From an uncultured Eubacteriales bacterium (GTDB taxonomy: Bacteria > Bacillota > Clostridia > Christensenellales > CAG-138), in NCBI GenBank assembly GCA_902794055.1, contig CADBGC010000001.1, positions 1-47,948 of the forward strand: a stretch of DNA of 47,948 bases. Reading direction: 5' to 3'. The notes beneath the pieces are model-generated. The model saw only the letters and a list, made by a program, of their open reading frames with translations, ran no database searches and was not told the DNA's origin. A program made the translations under genes and the position numbers. Positions 1 through 8,730 of the stretch are shown one piece after another. Position 1 is the first letter of the stretch. The number at the start of each line of letters is the position of its first letter.

Positions 1-39
1 TACGGTTTTCAAGGTGCTGCGCTCTCGCTTACTGGCCAC
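1..39 (-). CDS. possible 5' end of a CDS leaving the window (13 codons only, product unknown)
   Basis: Minus strand has GAGAGGGG (54-47), 7 nt, then GTG (39-37), followed by 13 open codons (VASKRERSTLKTV) to the window edge. It lies just downstream of the promoter at 70-98. Confidence 0.3.
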   Translation of the reverse strand, partial: MASKRERSTLKTV

Positions 40-69
40 TTCCGTGCCCCTCTCGGCGACAGCTTGGCT

Positions 70-98
70 ATTATACCTCTCCGCGCAACAAATGTCAA
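70..98 (-). promoter_or_regulatory. consensus sigma-A-type promoter firing leftwards
   Basis: Minus strand reads TTGACA (98-93), a 17-nt spacer, then TATAAT (75-70). Confidence 0.6.
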
Positions 99-308
99 GC
101 CTTTTTGCGAGAATAATTTCGATTTCTTCCAGCCTCCATCTTATGCAAAAAAAGCCAATGATTCATTGACTTTTTTATCATCATTTGCGTTTTCTTTCGA
201 TTTTTCGCGTAAGATATATTTAATTTGGTATGTGTTTTTTGCGATTTATACGGACATTTGCCATCATCTTGACAAGAACGACTCCGTACATATTGTCAAC
301 ACCAAGCG

Positions 309-1106
309 TCAGTTCTGGTTTGCTTTGTCTTCTGAATCTACAGCGATTTCGAAACAACTCAACATAAGTGCAACTTTATTGTAATGCATAACCATACCGT
401 TACAACGTAACATACTACGTTTGTTTCTAAAGTACTTCCACACTCTATAGCTAAATACAATCACAAATGCATATACCGCAACTTGTATTACACTATTATT
501 TCTAATATTCATCAATATATCTGAAAGGCTTGTGGGATTCACATTGATAAAATTTATTATCAGTGGAATAAGTATGCTTGTTAACAAATAATCTGTAAGT
601 TTATTCTGTCTTTCCATTGCAAAGTTCCCCATTTCTCTTCCATTGTCAACAAGAAATGTGGCCTTTTCTGATTCAATGGTCTTTTTAAGTAATAATACTA
701 GCTTCTTATAATCTTTATTCTCTTTTTGTATCGAGTCTCTGTATGCTTCCGTAAGTTCTTTCAAGCTATCCGCAATCGCTATTTTTGTTACCCCTTTAGC
801 CTTGAGTTTTCTGTCTTCATTAGGAAATGTTTGTGCAGAAACGCGCAACTCAATTCCCAATGCGTTCTCCGATGATAGACCAAAGAAGATGCTCGGGTAA
901 AGCGATGTCGGGTGCGCTTTTAAAACGGTGTTCCTCTCTTTTTTAATATCAGTTTCATATCTTGCTGCATCAACAAAGAGAAAAACAGCGACGGTTGCAA
1001 TTATTTGTTCCACCAATGATAGTTTCAGCGATGATACTATACCTATAATTAAAAATAACTTAAAACACAGCGCTATATACTCTCTATAAAACCGTTTTTT
1101 CGTCAT
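309..1106 (-). CDS. hypothetical 4-TM membrane protein in an AT-rich insert (no family recognised)
   Basis: ORF 309-1145. Preferred start is ATG 1106 (MTKKRFY), 6 nt after AAGGAG (1118-1113). Two N-terminal hydrophobic helices (IALCFKLFLIIGIVSS, IIATVAVFLFV), a ~130-aa Lys/Glu-rich middle, and two C-terminal helices (LLTSILIPLIINFI, VIQVAVYAFVIVFSY). GC is clearly lower than the neighbours. Confidence 0.6.
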   Translation of the reverse strand: MTKKRFYREYIALCFKLFLIIGIVSSLKLSLVEQIIATVAVFLFVDAARYETDIKKERNTVLKAHPTSLYPSIFFGLSSENALGIELRVSAQTFPNEDRKLKAKGVTKIAIADSLKELTEAYRDSIQKENKDYKKLVLLLKKTIESEKATFLVDNGREMGNFAMERQNKLTDYLLTSILIPLIINFINVNPTSLSDILMNIRNNSVIQVAVYAFVIVFSYRVWKYFRNKRSMLRCNGMVMHYNKVALMLSCFEIAVDSEDKANQN

Positions 1107-1176
1107 TCTCGTCTCCTTAAAAATCTCGTTTATTATACAATTCAAATACTGTATCTATTTCTCCCGAATTCAATCT

Positions 1177-2244
1177 TCATCTCGACAAGAACGACTCCGC
1201 CGATGGATTGAGGTCGAGGTCGCTGCGCTCGCCCTTCTTCATTCGATAATACCCTTGGCAGGCGATCATCGCGGCATTATCGGTGCAGAAGCGCATATCC
1301 GGGCGGCAGAAGCGCAGCCCCGCGCGGTCGCAATCCCTTTGCAAGGTCTCCCGAAGCGCCGAATTCGCGCTCACGCCCCCTGCGAGGGCGAGAGTTTTCA
1401 TATTATATTTAACAGCGGCCGCGACCGCCTTCTTCGAGAGCGTTTCCACCACCGAATGCTGAAACGACGCCGCAAGATCGGCTCTGTTCAGGCTTTCGCC
1501 CTTCTGCTCGGCATTGTGCATCAGGTTCACCACCGCCGTTTTCACGCCCGAAAAGCTGAAATCGAAATTCGAGGTGTCGGCATTGAACGGCGTGTGCAGC
1601 GGATATGCCGAAGCATCGCCCTCACGAGCAAGCTTTTCGACCTCGGGACCGCCGGGATACGGCAGACCGAGAGCGCGGGCGACCTTATCGAATGCCTCGC
1701 CCGCCGCATCGTCGCGCGTTCTGCCGACGAGCTCAAACTCATCGTAATCCTTGACGAGCACGATATGGCTGTGCCCGCCCGAGGCGATGAGGCACATAAA
1801 CGGCGGCTTCAAATCGGGATAAGTCAGATAATTTGCGGCGATATGCCCCTCGATATGGTTCACGCCGATCATGGGGATATCCTTCGCCATCGCGATGCCC
1901 TTGGCGAAGCTCACGCCGACCAGCAGCGCGCCAATAAGCCCCGGGGAGCTTGTGACCGCCACCGCGCCGATATCATCGAGCGACGCGTTTGCTGTTTGAA
2001 GCGCCTCGTCCACGACCGCATTTATGCGCTCGGCATGGCTTCTTGAGGCGATCTCCGGCACAACGCCGCCGTACAGACGGTGGATCGGTATCTGCGTATG
2101 CACCGCCATCGACAGCACCTCTCTGCCGCCGCGCAGCACCGCCGCCGCTGTCTCATCGCATGAGGTTTCAATGCCGAGGGTCAGCGCGTTTTCAGTATCT
2201 CTATATTGCTCAAATGCAGTTTTTGTTCTTGAAAAATAGTTCAT
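1177..2244 (-). CDS. tsaD: tRNA N6-adenosine threonylcarbamoyltransferase TsaD (Kae1/Gcp family)
   Basis: 355-aa ORF with LTLGIETSCDETAAAVL, GVNHIEGH, ASGGHSH and LALAGGVSANS motifs typical of TsaD. Confidence 0.9.
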   Translation of the reverse strand: MNYFSRTKTAFEQYRDTENALTLGIETSCDETAAAVLRGGREVLSMAVHTQIPIHRLYGGVVPEIASRSHAERINAVVDEALQTANASLDDIGAVAVTSSPGLIGALLVGVSFAKGIAMAKDIPMIGVNHIEGHIAANYLTYPDLKPPFMCLIASGGHSHIVLVKDYDEFELVGRTRDDAAGEAFDKVARALGLPYPGGPEVEKLAREGDASAYPLHTPFNADTSNFDFSFSGVKTAVVNLMHNAEQKGESLNRADLAASFQHSVVETLSKKAVAAAVKYNMKTLALAGGVSANSALRETLQRDCDRAGLRFCRPDMRFCTDNAAMIACQGYYRMKKGERSDLDLNPSAESFLSR

Positions 2245-2265
2245 ATCCTATTGCAAAGCCAAAGC

Positions 2266-3000
2266 TTATTCCGCGTTCAGGGTGTGCGGCTCCGTTTTCC
2301 CGCTCCTTTTCAGATAAACTCCGCAGACCGCCGCTATCGCCGCCATCGCGCCGCCCGCGAACAGGAAGATGCGCAGCACCATATCGAAGAACAGCTCGGC
2401 GGGGCATATCCGTATCATGCGGCTCACGGCGGGATCGAAGGTGGAGCTTTCAAGATCGAGGAAAACGATATGGAACACCGCCCAGAAGGAGTTGAAATCG
2501 AGCGCCGCCCATGCGCCGAGTGCTAGAAGGAAGCCCACAACGCCCGCTATCGACCAGAGCGCGGCCTTGGCGGTAAAGCGCAGTATGCTTCGCCTTTCGC
2601 CCTTCGTTCTGTTCGCGGCAAGAGCAAGCGCAAGGCTGATTATCGCAAGCGCAAGAACGATGTACCCGGTGACCGTCAGCTTTTTATACAGACTCCGAAC
2701 GTCCACCATGTGCGCGCGCTCGGTCTCGTTATACATCTGCATCCGCTCGCCGAATACTTCCACCTCAACGTCCATGCTGTCCGCATCGCCCTTCATATAA
2801 TGGACCATCTGCATGAAGGCGGCGATCATATCGTCGGTGCTCATGCCGGTATAGGAGTTTATATCGAGCTTATCGTACTCCCTTTTGAGCCAAGCGCGGT
2901 CGCCCGAAGCGATACTCACGGCGAGGAAGATCAGCATGAGCATGACGAGCGGCAGGGTGACGCAGATGAAAGATCTTGAAACGGTTTGAAGCTTTTTCAT
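2266..3000 (-). CDS. TIGR01906/DUF1461-like integral membrane protein (Lit-like)
   Basis: 244 aa. N-terminal TM helix, extracytoplasmic segment with NETERAHMVDVRSLY, then three C-terminal TM helices. The pattern matches my recollection of this family. Confidence 0.5.
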   Translation of the reverse strand: MKKLQTVSRSFICVTLPLVMLMLIFLAVSIASGDRAWLKREYDKLDINSYTGMSTDDMIAAFMQMVHYMKGDADSMDVEVEVFGERMQMYNETERAHMVDVRSLYKKLTVTGYIVLALAIISLALALAANRTKGERRSILRFTAKAALWSIAGVVGFLLALGAWAALDFNSFWAVFHIVFLDLESSTFDPAVSRMIRICPAELFFDMVLRIFLFAGGAMAAIAAVCGVYLKRSGKTEPHTLNAE

Positions 3001-3090
3001 TGAAGTTTCTTCCCTCTGTTAAGCCGCCGCCCAAGCCGATTGGCTCAAGCGGCGGTAAATTTCAATTATGGAAGTGATGGGCTGATATGG

Positions 3091-3190
3091 AGAGATTCCG
3101 CAGGAATTTCAGAATAATGAATCAATTCATAAGAAACGCCCGTGGCGTTTCCACCACAATTATTCACTATTCATTATTCATTATTCACTA
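3091..3190 (+). repeat. composite intergenic repeat, copy A (hairpin 1, hairpin 2, TATTCA(C/T) heptad array)
   Basis: AGATTCC-GCA-GGAATTT (3093-3109), AAACGCC-CGT-GGCGTTT (3134-3150), then TATTCAC TATTCAT TATTCAT TATTCAC TA (3161-3190). Colinear with copy C at 30090-30184. Confidence 0.8.
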
Positions 3191-3200
3191 ACCCATCCTG

Positions 3201-4562
3201 TCATCTTTCCGACATGATGACCCGCATTATCCTCTCATGCGCCTGATCGAGCTCATACTGAACGTAAGGCATCCAGATATCCTTGGTGGGAACGCCAACG
3301 AACCACTTACCCTCGAGCGAGGTGAACACCTTCACCGGGTAGTAGTATTCCTCGGCCACCTTCACCCTGCCGTTTTCGCGCTTGATGCGAATTTCGGTGA
3401 TGAAGGTGTCGTTTGCCATCTGCCCGTCCATGCTGGAGATGAAGTTGCCCATCGAGTAAACGCAGAGCACCTTTCTGCCGTCCGAAGCGGTGAGCCAAAC
3501 CGAGGGCTGAACCGCATGGGAATGCGAGCCGAGAATAACGTCCACACCCGCGTTCGCCATCTGCTGCGCATGCTGGCGCACCGCCCAGGTGGGCTCGTGC
3601 GTATTCTCCGCGCCCCAGTGGTTGTATGCCACCACGAGCTCCGCGCCCGCCGCCTTTGCGGAGGCAACGTCGCGGCGCACCTTCTCCTCGGAGTATTTGT
3701 TTATCATGTACGGCCTGTCGGCAACGAGGCTCTCCCTGTAGTTGAAGAACTCGGAATACGAGAGCAGAGCCACCTTGATGCCCTTGACGTTGAGCATTAC
3801 GAAGCGCTTCTCGGACTCGGAGCGGAACAGACCCGTATGCTTAAAGCCGTAGTTTTCAACGGCAGTGAGCGTTTCCTCTATGCCGAGAACGCCCGCATCG
3901 AGGCAATGGTTGTTTGCCATAACGAGCGCATCGAAGCCCGCGTATTTAACACCCATCAGATAGAGCGGCGGGGCGTTGAGATTCGGCATGCCGTTTTCAA
4001 ACTGATAGAGCTGAGTGGAGTACGGCGAGGAGGGCGAAAGCACGGTTTCAAGATTGCCCACGGCGCAGTCCGCTTTATTTAATATGTAGCGAACGTACTC
4101 AAACGAGGGTCTGAAGTCGTATTCAAGGCCGCTGTTCGCCTGACTGAGCGCGCCGCGCTGCTGCATCGAAAGGCACATAAGGTCGCCAACGAACATCATC
4201 GAAGCCGTTGCGGAGGACGGAACCGGCGTTGCGGTCGCCTCGGGCTCGGGAGTCGGTGTCAGCACCGGAAGCTCCGTTGCGGGCTCCTCGGTGGGTTCCT
4301 CGGTCGGCTCCTCGGTGGGCTCCTCGGAGGGCTCCTCGGAGAACTCGGGCGTTTGCTCGGGCTCGGGCGTATCGGTCGGCACGGGTGTCGCCGTCGGCAC
4401 CGGGGTGGGAATGAACGCCGGAGTGGGCGTGTCCACGTCCACAAGGGTGTTTATAAGCTCCTCCTCCTTGCAGGCGAGCGCGCAGGCAAGCAGCAGCAAA
4501 AGTGCCGCGATGAGCGCGAAAACGCGCAGACGGTTTCCGGCGGGTTTAAGGCTTTTCTTCAT
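3201..4562 (-). CDS. CapA-family (PGA_cap, metallophosphatase-like) lipoprotein with a Pro/Thr/Glu-rich linker
   Basis: ORF 3201-4583. Start at MKKSLKP (4562) is preferred. Lipoprotein-type signal (LLLLLAC), EEPT repeats, then MFVGDLM, GNLET, ANNHCLDAG and GSHSH motifs. Confidence 0.75.
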   Translation of the reverse strand: MKKSLKPAGNRLRVFALIAALLLLLACALACKEEELINTLVDVDTPTPAFIPTPVPTATPVPTDTPEPEQTPEFSEEPSEEPTEEPTEEPTEEPATELPVLTPTPEPEATATPVPSSATASMMFVGDLMCLSMQQRGALSQANSGLEYDFRPSFEYVRYILNKADCAVGNLETVLSPSSPYSTQLYQFENGMPNLNAPPLYLMGVKYAGFDALVMANNHCLDAGVLGIEETLTAVENYGFKHTGLFRSESEKRFVMLNVKGIKVALLSYSEFFNYRESLVADRPYMINKYSEEKVRRDVASAKAAGAELVVAYNHWGAENTHEPTWAVRQHAQQMANAGVDVILGSHSHAVQPSVWLTASDGRKVLCVYSMGNFISSMDGQMANDTFITEIRIKRENGRVKVAEEYYYPVKVFTSLEGKWFVGVPTKDIWMPYVQYELDQAHERIMRVIMSER

Positions 4563-4614
4563 ATTCTTCTCTCTTTTTTCCATCCTTGCTTAGATCGAAA
4601 CAATTCGTTTTTTG

Positions 4615-5544
4615 TTACTGCCGTGCATTCTCCGCCGCCTTTGCCGCGATCAGCGCAGCGAGGCGGACGTTGTTGTACACAAGCGCGATATTTGCCTCAA
4701 GGCTCTCGCCGTCGGTAAGCTCCGAGATGCGCTTGAGAAGGAACGGGGTTATATCCCTGCCGTCCAGCCTCAGCTTTTCGGCCTCCTTGACGGCGCGCAC
4801 CGTGGCCTTCTCGATCTTCTCGCCGTCCGGCGCATACTTTTCGGGTATCGGGTTCACGATCACCATGCCGCTCTGCATATCGAGCGCATCCATCGCCTCC
4901 ACCATGCCCGCAAGTTCCTCCACCGAGTCCGCACGAACGGGCGCTCTGTAGCCGCTGTCGGGAGTGTAGAAGGCGGGAACGCGGTCGGTACGGAACGCGA
5001 TCACGGGCACGCCCTGCGTTTCGAGGTATTCAAGGGTTCTGCCGATATCGAGTATGCTCTTCGGCCCCGCGCAAACGACCGCAACGGGGGTTCTTCCAAG
5101 CTCGTTCATATCGGCGGAGATATCCATTGTGGTCTCCGCGCCGCGGTGAACGCCGCCGATGCCGCCGGTGGCAAAAATCTTGATGCCCGCGCGGTTGGCA
5201 ATGAACATGGTGCCCGCAACGGTGGTGGCGCCGTCCTCGCCCCTTGCGATAACGGCGGGAATATCCCTTCTGGAAACCTTTTTAACTTCCGTTCCGGCCT
5301 TGCCGAGATATTCTATCTGTTCGTCGGTTAAGCCCGCGTGCATAACGCCCTTAATAATGGCGCAGACCGCCGCCACGGCGCCATGCCGCTCCGCGATGCG
5401 CTTGCAGGCGAGGGCGGTTTTAACGTTGTCGGGATACGGCATCCCGTGGCAGATAATTGTGCTTTCAAGGGCGATCACGGGCTTGCCCGCAGCGAGCGCC
5501 GCCTTGACCTCGGGGGATAAAACCACGTTATAATTAGTGCTCAT
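4615..5544 (-). CDS. psuG: pseudouridine-5'-phosphate glycosidase
   Basis: 309 aa. ALESTIICHGMPYPDN and FATGGIGGVHRG motifs. AAGGAGA SD upstream of ATG 5544. Confidence 0.85.
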   Translation of the reverse strand: MSTNYNVVLSPEVKAALAAGKPVIALESTIICHGMPYPDNVKTALACKRIAERHGAVAAVCAIIKGVMHAGLTDEQIEYLGKAGTEVKKVSRRDIPAVIARGEDGATTVAGTMFIANRAGIKIFATGGIGGVHRGAETTMDISADMNELGRTPVAVVCAGPKSILDIGRTLEYLETQGVPVIAFRTDRVPAFYTPDSGYRAPVRADSVEELAGMVEAMDALDMQSGMVIVNPIPEKYAPDGEKIEKATVRAVKEAEKLRLDGRDITPFLLKRISELTDGESLEANIALVYNNVRLAALIAAKAAENARQ

Positions 5545-5579
5545 TCTTTCTCCTTTTCCTTCATTCGCCGCACGGCTCG

Positions 5580-5894
5580 TTATTTTTCAATATAGAAATC
5601 CGCAACGCGCCTTTCGCTCGCGACCTTTTTTATATAGGCCGAAACCTCGGCATGGGGCGGAAAATCGCGGTATGCATGCATATCCTCTATGCTTTTGAAT
5701 TCGCAAACGAGCGCCATATCGCCGCTCTGCTCGCTGTGGAGCACGTCCTCCCCCACCTCGAGGGAAAGAAGCGTGGGCGCAACGCCGATGAGCGCGCGAA
5801 GCTTATCCGCAACGATGCGCATATTTTCTTCGCGTGTCTTGCCTTCAGCCATTTCATGAAAGCGCCAGATAACAAGATGCTTGAGTATTTTCAA
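5580..5894 (-). CDS. Dabb-family stress-responsive alpha/beta-barrel protein
   Basis: ORF 5580-5927. TTG 5894 (KILKHLVIWRF) lies 7 nt after AGGA and fits the family's usual MIKHIV-type N-terminus. ATG 5927 would sit only ~8 nt from the predicted TSS and has no SD. Confidence 0.6.
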   Translation of the reverse strand: MKILKHLVIWRFHEMAEGKTREENMRIVADKLRALIGVAPTLLSLEVGEDVLHSEQSGDMALVCEFKSIEDMHAYRDFPPHAEVSAYIKKVASERRVADFYIEK

Positions 5895-5941
5895 AGTTTT
5901 ATCCTGCCTTTCGCCTTGATCGAGCATATTTTTACATTTAT

Positions 5942-5970
5942 ATTATACCACAATATGAAACAGCACTCAA
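5942..5970 (-). promoter_or_regulatory. promoter of the Dabb gene (extended -10)
   Basis: Minus strand reads TTGAGT (5970-5965), a 17-nt spacer, then TGG TATAAT (5950-5942). Confidence 0.55.
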
Positions 5971-5984
5971 CAGCATTTGCACAA

Positions 5985-6130
5985 TTTTGGCAAATTTCGT
6001 TTTTTTCGTTTTCAAGCGGCGGTCGAGCGGTAAATTATATTATTATTTTTTATAGCAAAATCGTAAACCAAAAGGCTTGTTCGTGCGTTTTATATAATGG
6101 AGTGAGCCTCATGTGTAACTTCGATCTCCA
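5985..6130 (+). repeat. direct repeat R1 flanking the AT-rich cassette
   Basis: Colinear with 8815-8961. Shared blocks are TTTTGGCAAATTTCGTTTT, AATCGTAAACCAAAAGGC, AATGGAGTGAGC, TCATGTGTAACTTCGA and CTCCA. Confidence 0.75.
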
Positions 6131-6381
6131 TACCGATTTCAACTGCCGCGCGTGACAAGGCATTCTGCGCAAAAAACGGCAAAAGCTTGTGAACCTGAAA
6201 ACCGATACCACGCTTCATGCGTTAAATAATTCCTCTCATTCCACGCAGGCGGGAAGCGCGCTGCCGAATACTGGCAAACTCGGATTATAGTGGCGGATTA
6301 AATAGCGCTGCGACAACCCTAATTTGAAAATACATTAGGTCTTTATAGAAAATTTTTCGGCATTTTATAGCACTTTTTCTA

Positions 6382-6410
6382 TTGATTTTTCTTGTGTATT
6401 TGTGTATACT
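6382..6410 (+). promoter_or_regulatory. cassette promoter
   Basis: TTGATT (6382-6387), a 17-nt spacer, then TATACT (6405-6410), about 120 nt upstream of the 164-aa ORF. Confidence 0.5.
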
Positions 6411-6531
6411 ATAAGTGTAAGGTGTTTTTATGTTAGGCAACGAGTTGGTTATTTGTTATCGGCTACCGTTGAAGCAATACTTGTTGCCGTAGCATAAGGT
6501 AAAACAAAAAGCTTACGAAAGGAGCATTACT

Positions 6532-7026
6532 ATGTCAGATGCAGCAGTAATTCATGCGGTATTCCATGAAGTATTTGGACGTCAGCCAGACTTCTTATCG
6601 AGTTTTAATGATCGATTGTTGGCGCAGAAAACCATTTATCTGCTTCAACGATTGGGTGTAACATGTGGTGACTATTCTTTTAGATGGTATAAGCATGGAC
6701 CGTATTCTCAGCAGCTACAAAACACGCTTTTGGAGTCTTCGCCTAGTTCCGACGATCTTGAAAAGATTACTTTTTCTAAGATTGGGCATTCCAACATTGA
6801 GAAGATTAAAGGTATGCTTGAAGAACCGCACGCTCCTTACGATGAAGCTCAATGGTTTGAGGCACTTGGATCAATTCAGTATTTGAAGAGGTATCGTTTT
6901 CCGTTGTTATCACGCGATAATATCATATCCAAGCTTTCTGAGCTGAAGCCTGGTCTTCGAGATCATTTGGCTAATTCAAGAGCATACGATGTGCTTAAAA
7001 AATATTCATTAATCATTGATTATTGA
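6532..7026 (+). CDS. small YwgA-like / Panacea (DUF4065)-like protein
   Basis: 164 aa with SD AAAGGAG 8 nt upstream. The segment RLLAQKTIYLLQRLGV...FRWYKHGPYSQQLQNTL resembles the KLQKLLY...GP(V/Y) signature of Panacea/SocA-like antitoxin domains and of B. subtilis YwgA, as I remember them. Confidence 0.55.
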   Translation: MSDAAVIHAVFHEVFGRQPDFLSSFNDRLLAQKTIYLLQRLGVTCGDYSFRWYKHGPYSQQLQNTLLESSPSSDDLEKITFSKIGHSNIEKIKGMLEEPHAPYDEAQWFEALGSIQYLKRYRFPLLSRDNIISKLSELKPGLRDHLANSRAYDVLKKYSLIIDY

Positions 7027-7049
7027 ATTGATTGTTTTATTTGTGTTAA

Positions 7050-8690
7050 ATGAATATGGCTGCAGATAACTTGCATACAACCGAATATAGAATCAAAATG
7101 GTAGATTCTATTATTGATAACGTGCATGGTTTTATTGGTTTAACCGAAGTTGAATGTGAAATTGAAAAGCTTCCCATTTTCAAGCGTCTTCAAAATATAT
7201 CTCAGCTCGGTTTAACTAGTCGTGTTTTTCCGTGCGCTCTCCACAATAGATATATTCATTCTTTGGGCGTTATGCATATTGTTGACCAAATGGCCACAAG
7301 GCTTGAATTCAGTGATGATGCTCGTCAAATCATTCGTTTAGCAGGAATGCTCCATGACATAGGGCATTACCCGTTTTCGCATGATGTTGAAACCGCATAT
7401 GATGATGCTATACAATTGAGCGACAGCCCTTCGGAAGAATTTTCAAACTATGCAACGAAAGCACGTGAAACTATTAAAAACTTAACGTCACCACAAGTCG
7501 ATGTCAAATTCTTCCTTGATCGGCGTAACTCAGAGTTGCATCACGAATCTATTGGCGAAACTGTAATAAGTAACAGTGCCAATATCAAAAAACTTATACT
7601 CGAGAAATACATAAATAAAACTGATTATTATTCTGAGAATTATAATTATGATAAGTCCCAAAATGAAAAAGTATTAAGGAGTATCATTCTCGATATTTGT
7701 GCCATCATTGTCGGCGATAGTAAGCATAAATCTGAGTTTTTTCCTAAAGAATTCGGAATGATGGTTCAGATTATGCATTCTGAGCTGGATGCTGATCGGA
7801 TAGATTATTTGCTTCGTGATGCAACATTTTCTGGAATCTCATATGGAGCCTTCGATTTTGGAGTACTGATTCAAAATCTCGATAAAATGCTTGATCCTGA
7901 TTCTAATGAATACATTGTGGGAGTAACAATCGATGGAATCGGGTGCGCTGAACAATATCTTTTGAATAGATATTTTGCGTACAGCCAAGTAATACACCAC
8001 AAGTACACTTCTATCCTTGGTTGCGCATTGCAAAGTGTTGTAAAATGGCTGATTTCAGATGACGAATCAGGCTTTCCTGACGAGTACAAAGATGTAAAGA
8101 AGTTGGCTGAAAATCACGAGAATGATGCATTGTATATCGGCTATACCGATGCTTTTTTAATGGACAAAATTAACAGAGCGTGTGATAATGCGAATTGTCC
8201 TGAGCAAATCAAAAGGCTTGCTCGCTGTATTAAAGAATATGAGCTGTTAGCTATGTCAAATCAAGACGATGATGAGTTTATTTGTTCTGGCATTGACGAA
8301 TCCTATATATCCGAAAAAATAGAAAATAGTAACCCGTTTATCGAGCTCGGTAAAACAGATGGATCCATTCAAGATGTGATTTACCGATATAGTGAAATGA
8401 GATTGACAAAGCATATTCCTCATAAGGATTTTGAAGAGCGTCTCAACAAAGCCGTTAAGCCTGAAGATGGTAATACTGAAGATGGTAATACTGAAGATAA
8501 ATCGGATTTTGCTGAAAACTTAAAAGCAGACTACCGCTCTGATCGTCTTCAAGATGGGCTTGTAATCGTAGAACCGAACAATCCTGGTTCAAAGCCCAAA
8601 ATGCTTATTGATTCAGATCGTTCAATGCTCCGAGACATCTATAATTTGCGTTACTGTGTGCTAAGGCGCTATTCCATTCCAAAGCTCTAA
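7050..8690 (+). CDS. SAMHD1-like HD-domain phosphohydrolase (COG1078-type, putative dNTP triphosphohydrolase)
   Basis: 546 aa. NVHGFIGLTEVE, PIFKRLQNISQLG, FPCALHNRYIHSLGV, MLHDIGHYPFSH and DADRIDYLLRDATFSG align by eye with the SAMHD1/EF1143 HD core (H..HD..D). No clear SD, so the start is uncertain. Confidence 0.8.
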   Translation: MNMAADNLHTTEYRIKMVDSIIDNVHGFIGLTEVECEIEKLPIFKRLQNISQLGLTSRVFPCALHNRYIHSLGVMHIVDQMATRLEFSDDARQIIRLAGMLHDIGHYPFSHDVETAYDDAIQLSDSPSEEFSNYATKARETIKNLTSPQVDVKFFLDRRNSELHHESIGETVISNSANIKKLILEKYINKTDYYSENYNYDKSQNEKVLRSIILDICAIIVGDSKHKSEFFPKEFGMMVQIMHSELDADRIDYLLRDATFSGISYGAFDFGVLIQNLDKMLDPDSNEYIVGVTIDGIGCAEQYLLNRYFAYSQVIHHKYTSILGCALQSVVKWLISDDESGFPDEYKDVKKLAENHENDALYIGYTDAFLMDKINRACDNANCPEQIKRLARCIKEYELLAMSNQDDDEFICSGIDESYISEKIENSNPFIELGKTDGSIQDVIYRYSEMRLTKHIPHKDFEERLNKAVKPEDGNTEDGNTEDKSDFAENLKADYRSDRLQDGLVIVEPNNPGSKPKMLIDSDRSMLRDIYNLRYCVLRRYSIPKL

Positions 8691-8730
8691 TGTATTGTAT
8701 AAATTTGTTAGAAACCTATCTTCTCAGAAT

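Noticed and set aside
1-68. The GC-rich transcript start downstream of the consensus promoter at 70-98, considered as a riboswitch, T-box leader or small RNA
   Set aside because: I could not match it to any leader family. A plausible SD (GAGAGGGG) plus GTG at 39 opens 13 stop-free codons to the window edge, so an ordinary CDS start is the simpler reading.
64-384. 106-aa plus-strand ORF at the left edge
   Set aside because: It has no SD and a low-complexity, AT-driven composition. It overlaps the promoter region and the 3' end of the better-supported minus-strand gene.
3161-3190. Heptad arrays (also at 19218-19262 and 30153-30184) considered as a CRISPR array or microsatellite
   Set aside because: The units are 7 nt with no spacers, far too short for CRISPR repeats. 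They are always part of the composite hairpin element.
5652-6155. 167-aa plus-strand ORF antisense to the Dabb gene and running through repeat R1
   Set aside because: It is antisense to a recognisable Dabb-fold ORF and crosses the Dabb promoter and intergenic repeat. Only its last 14 codons (the MCNFDL mini-ORF) are discussed separately.
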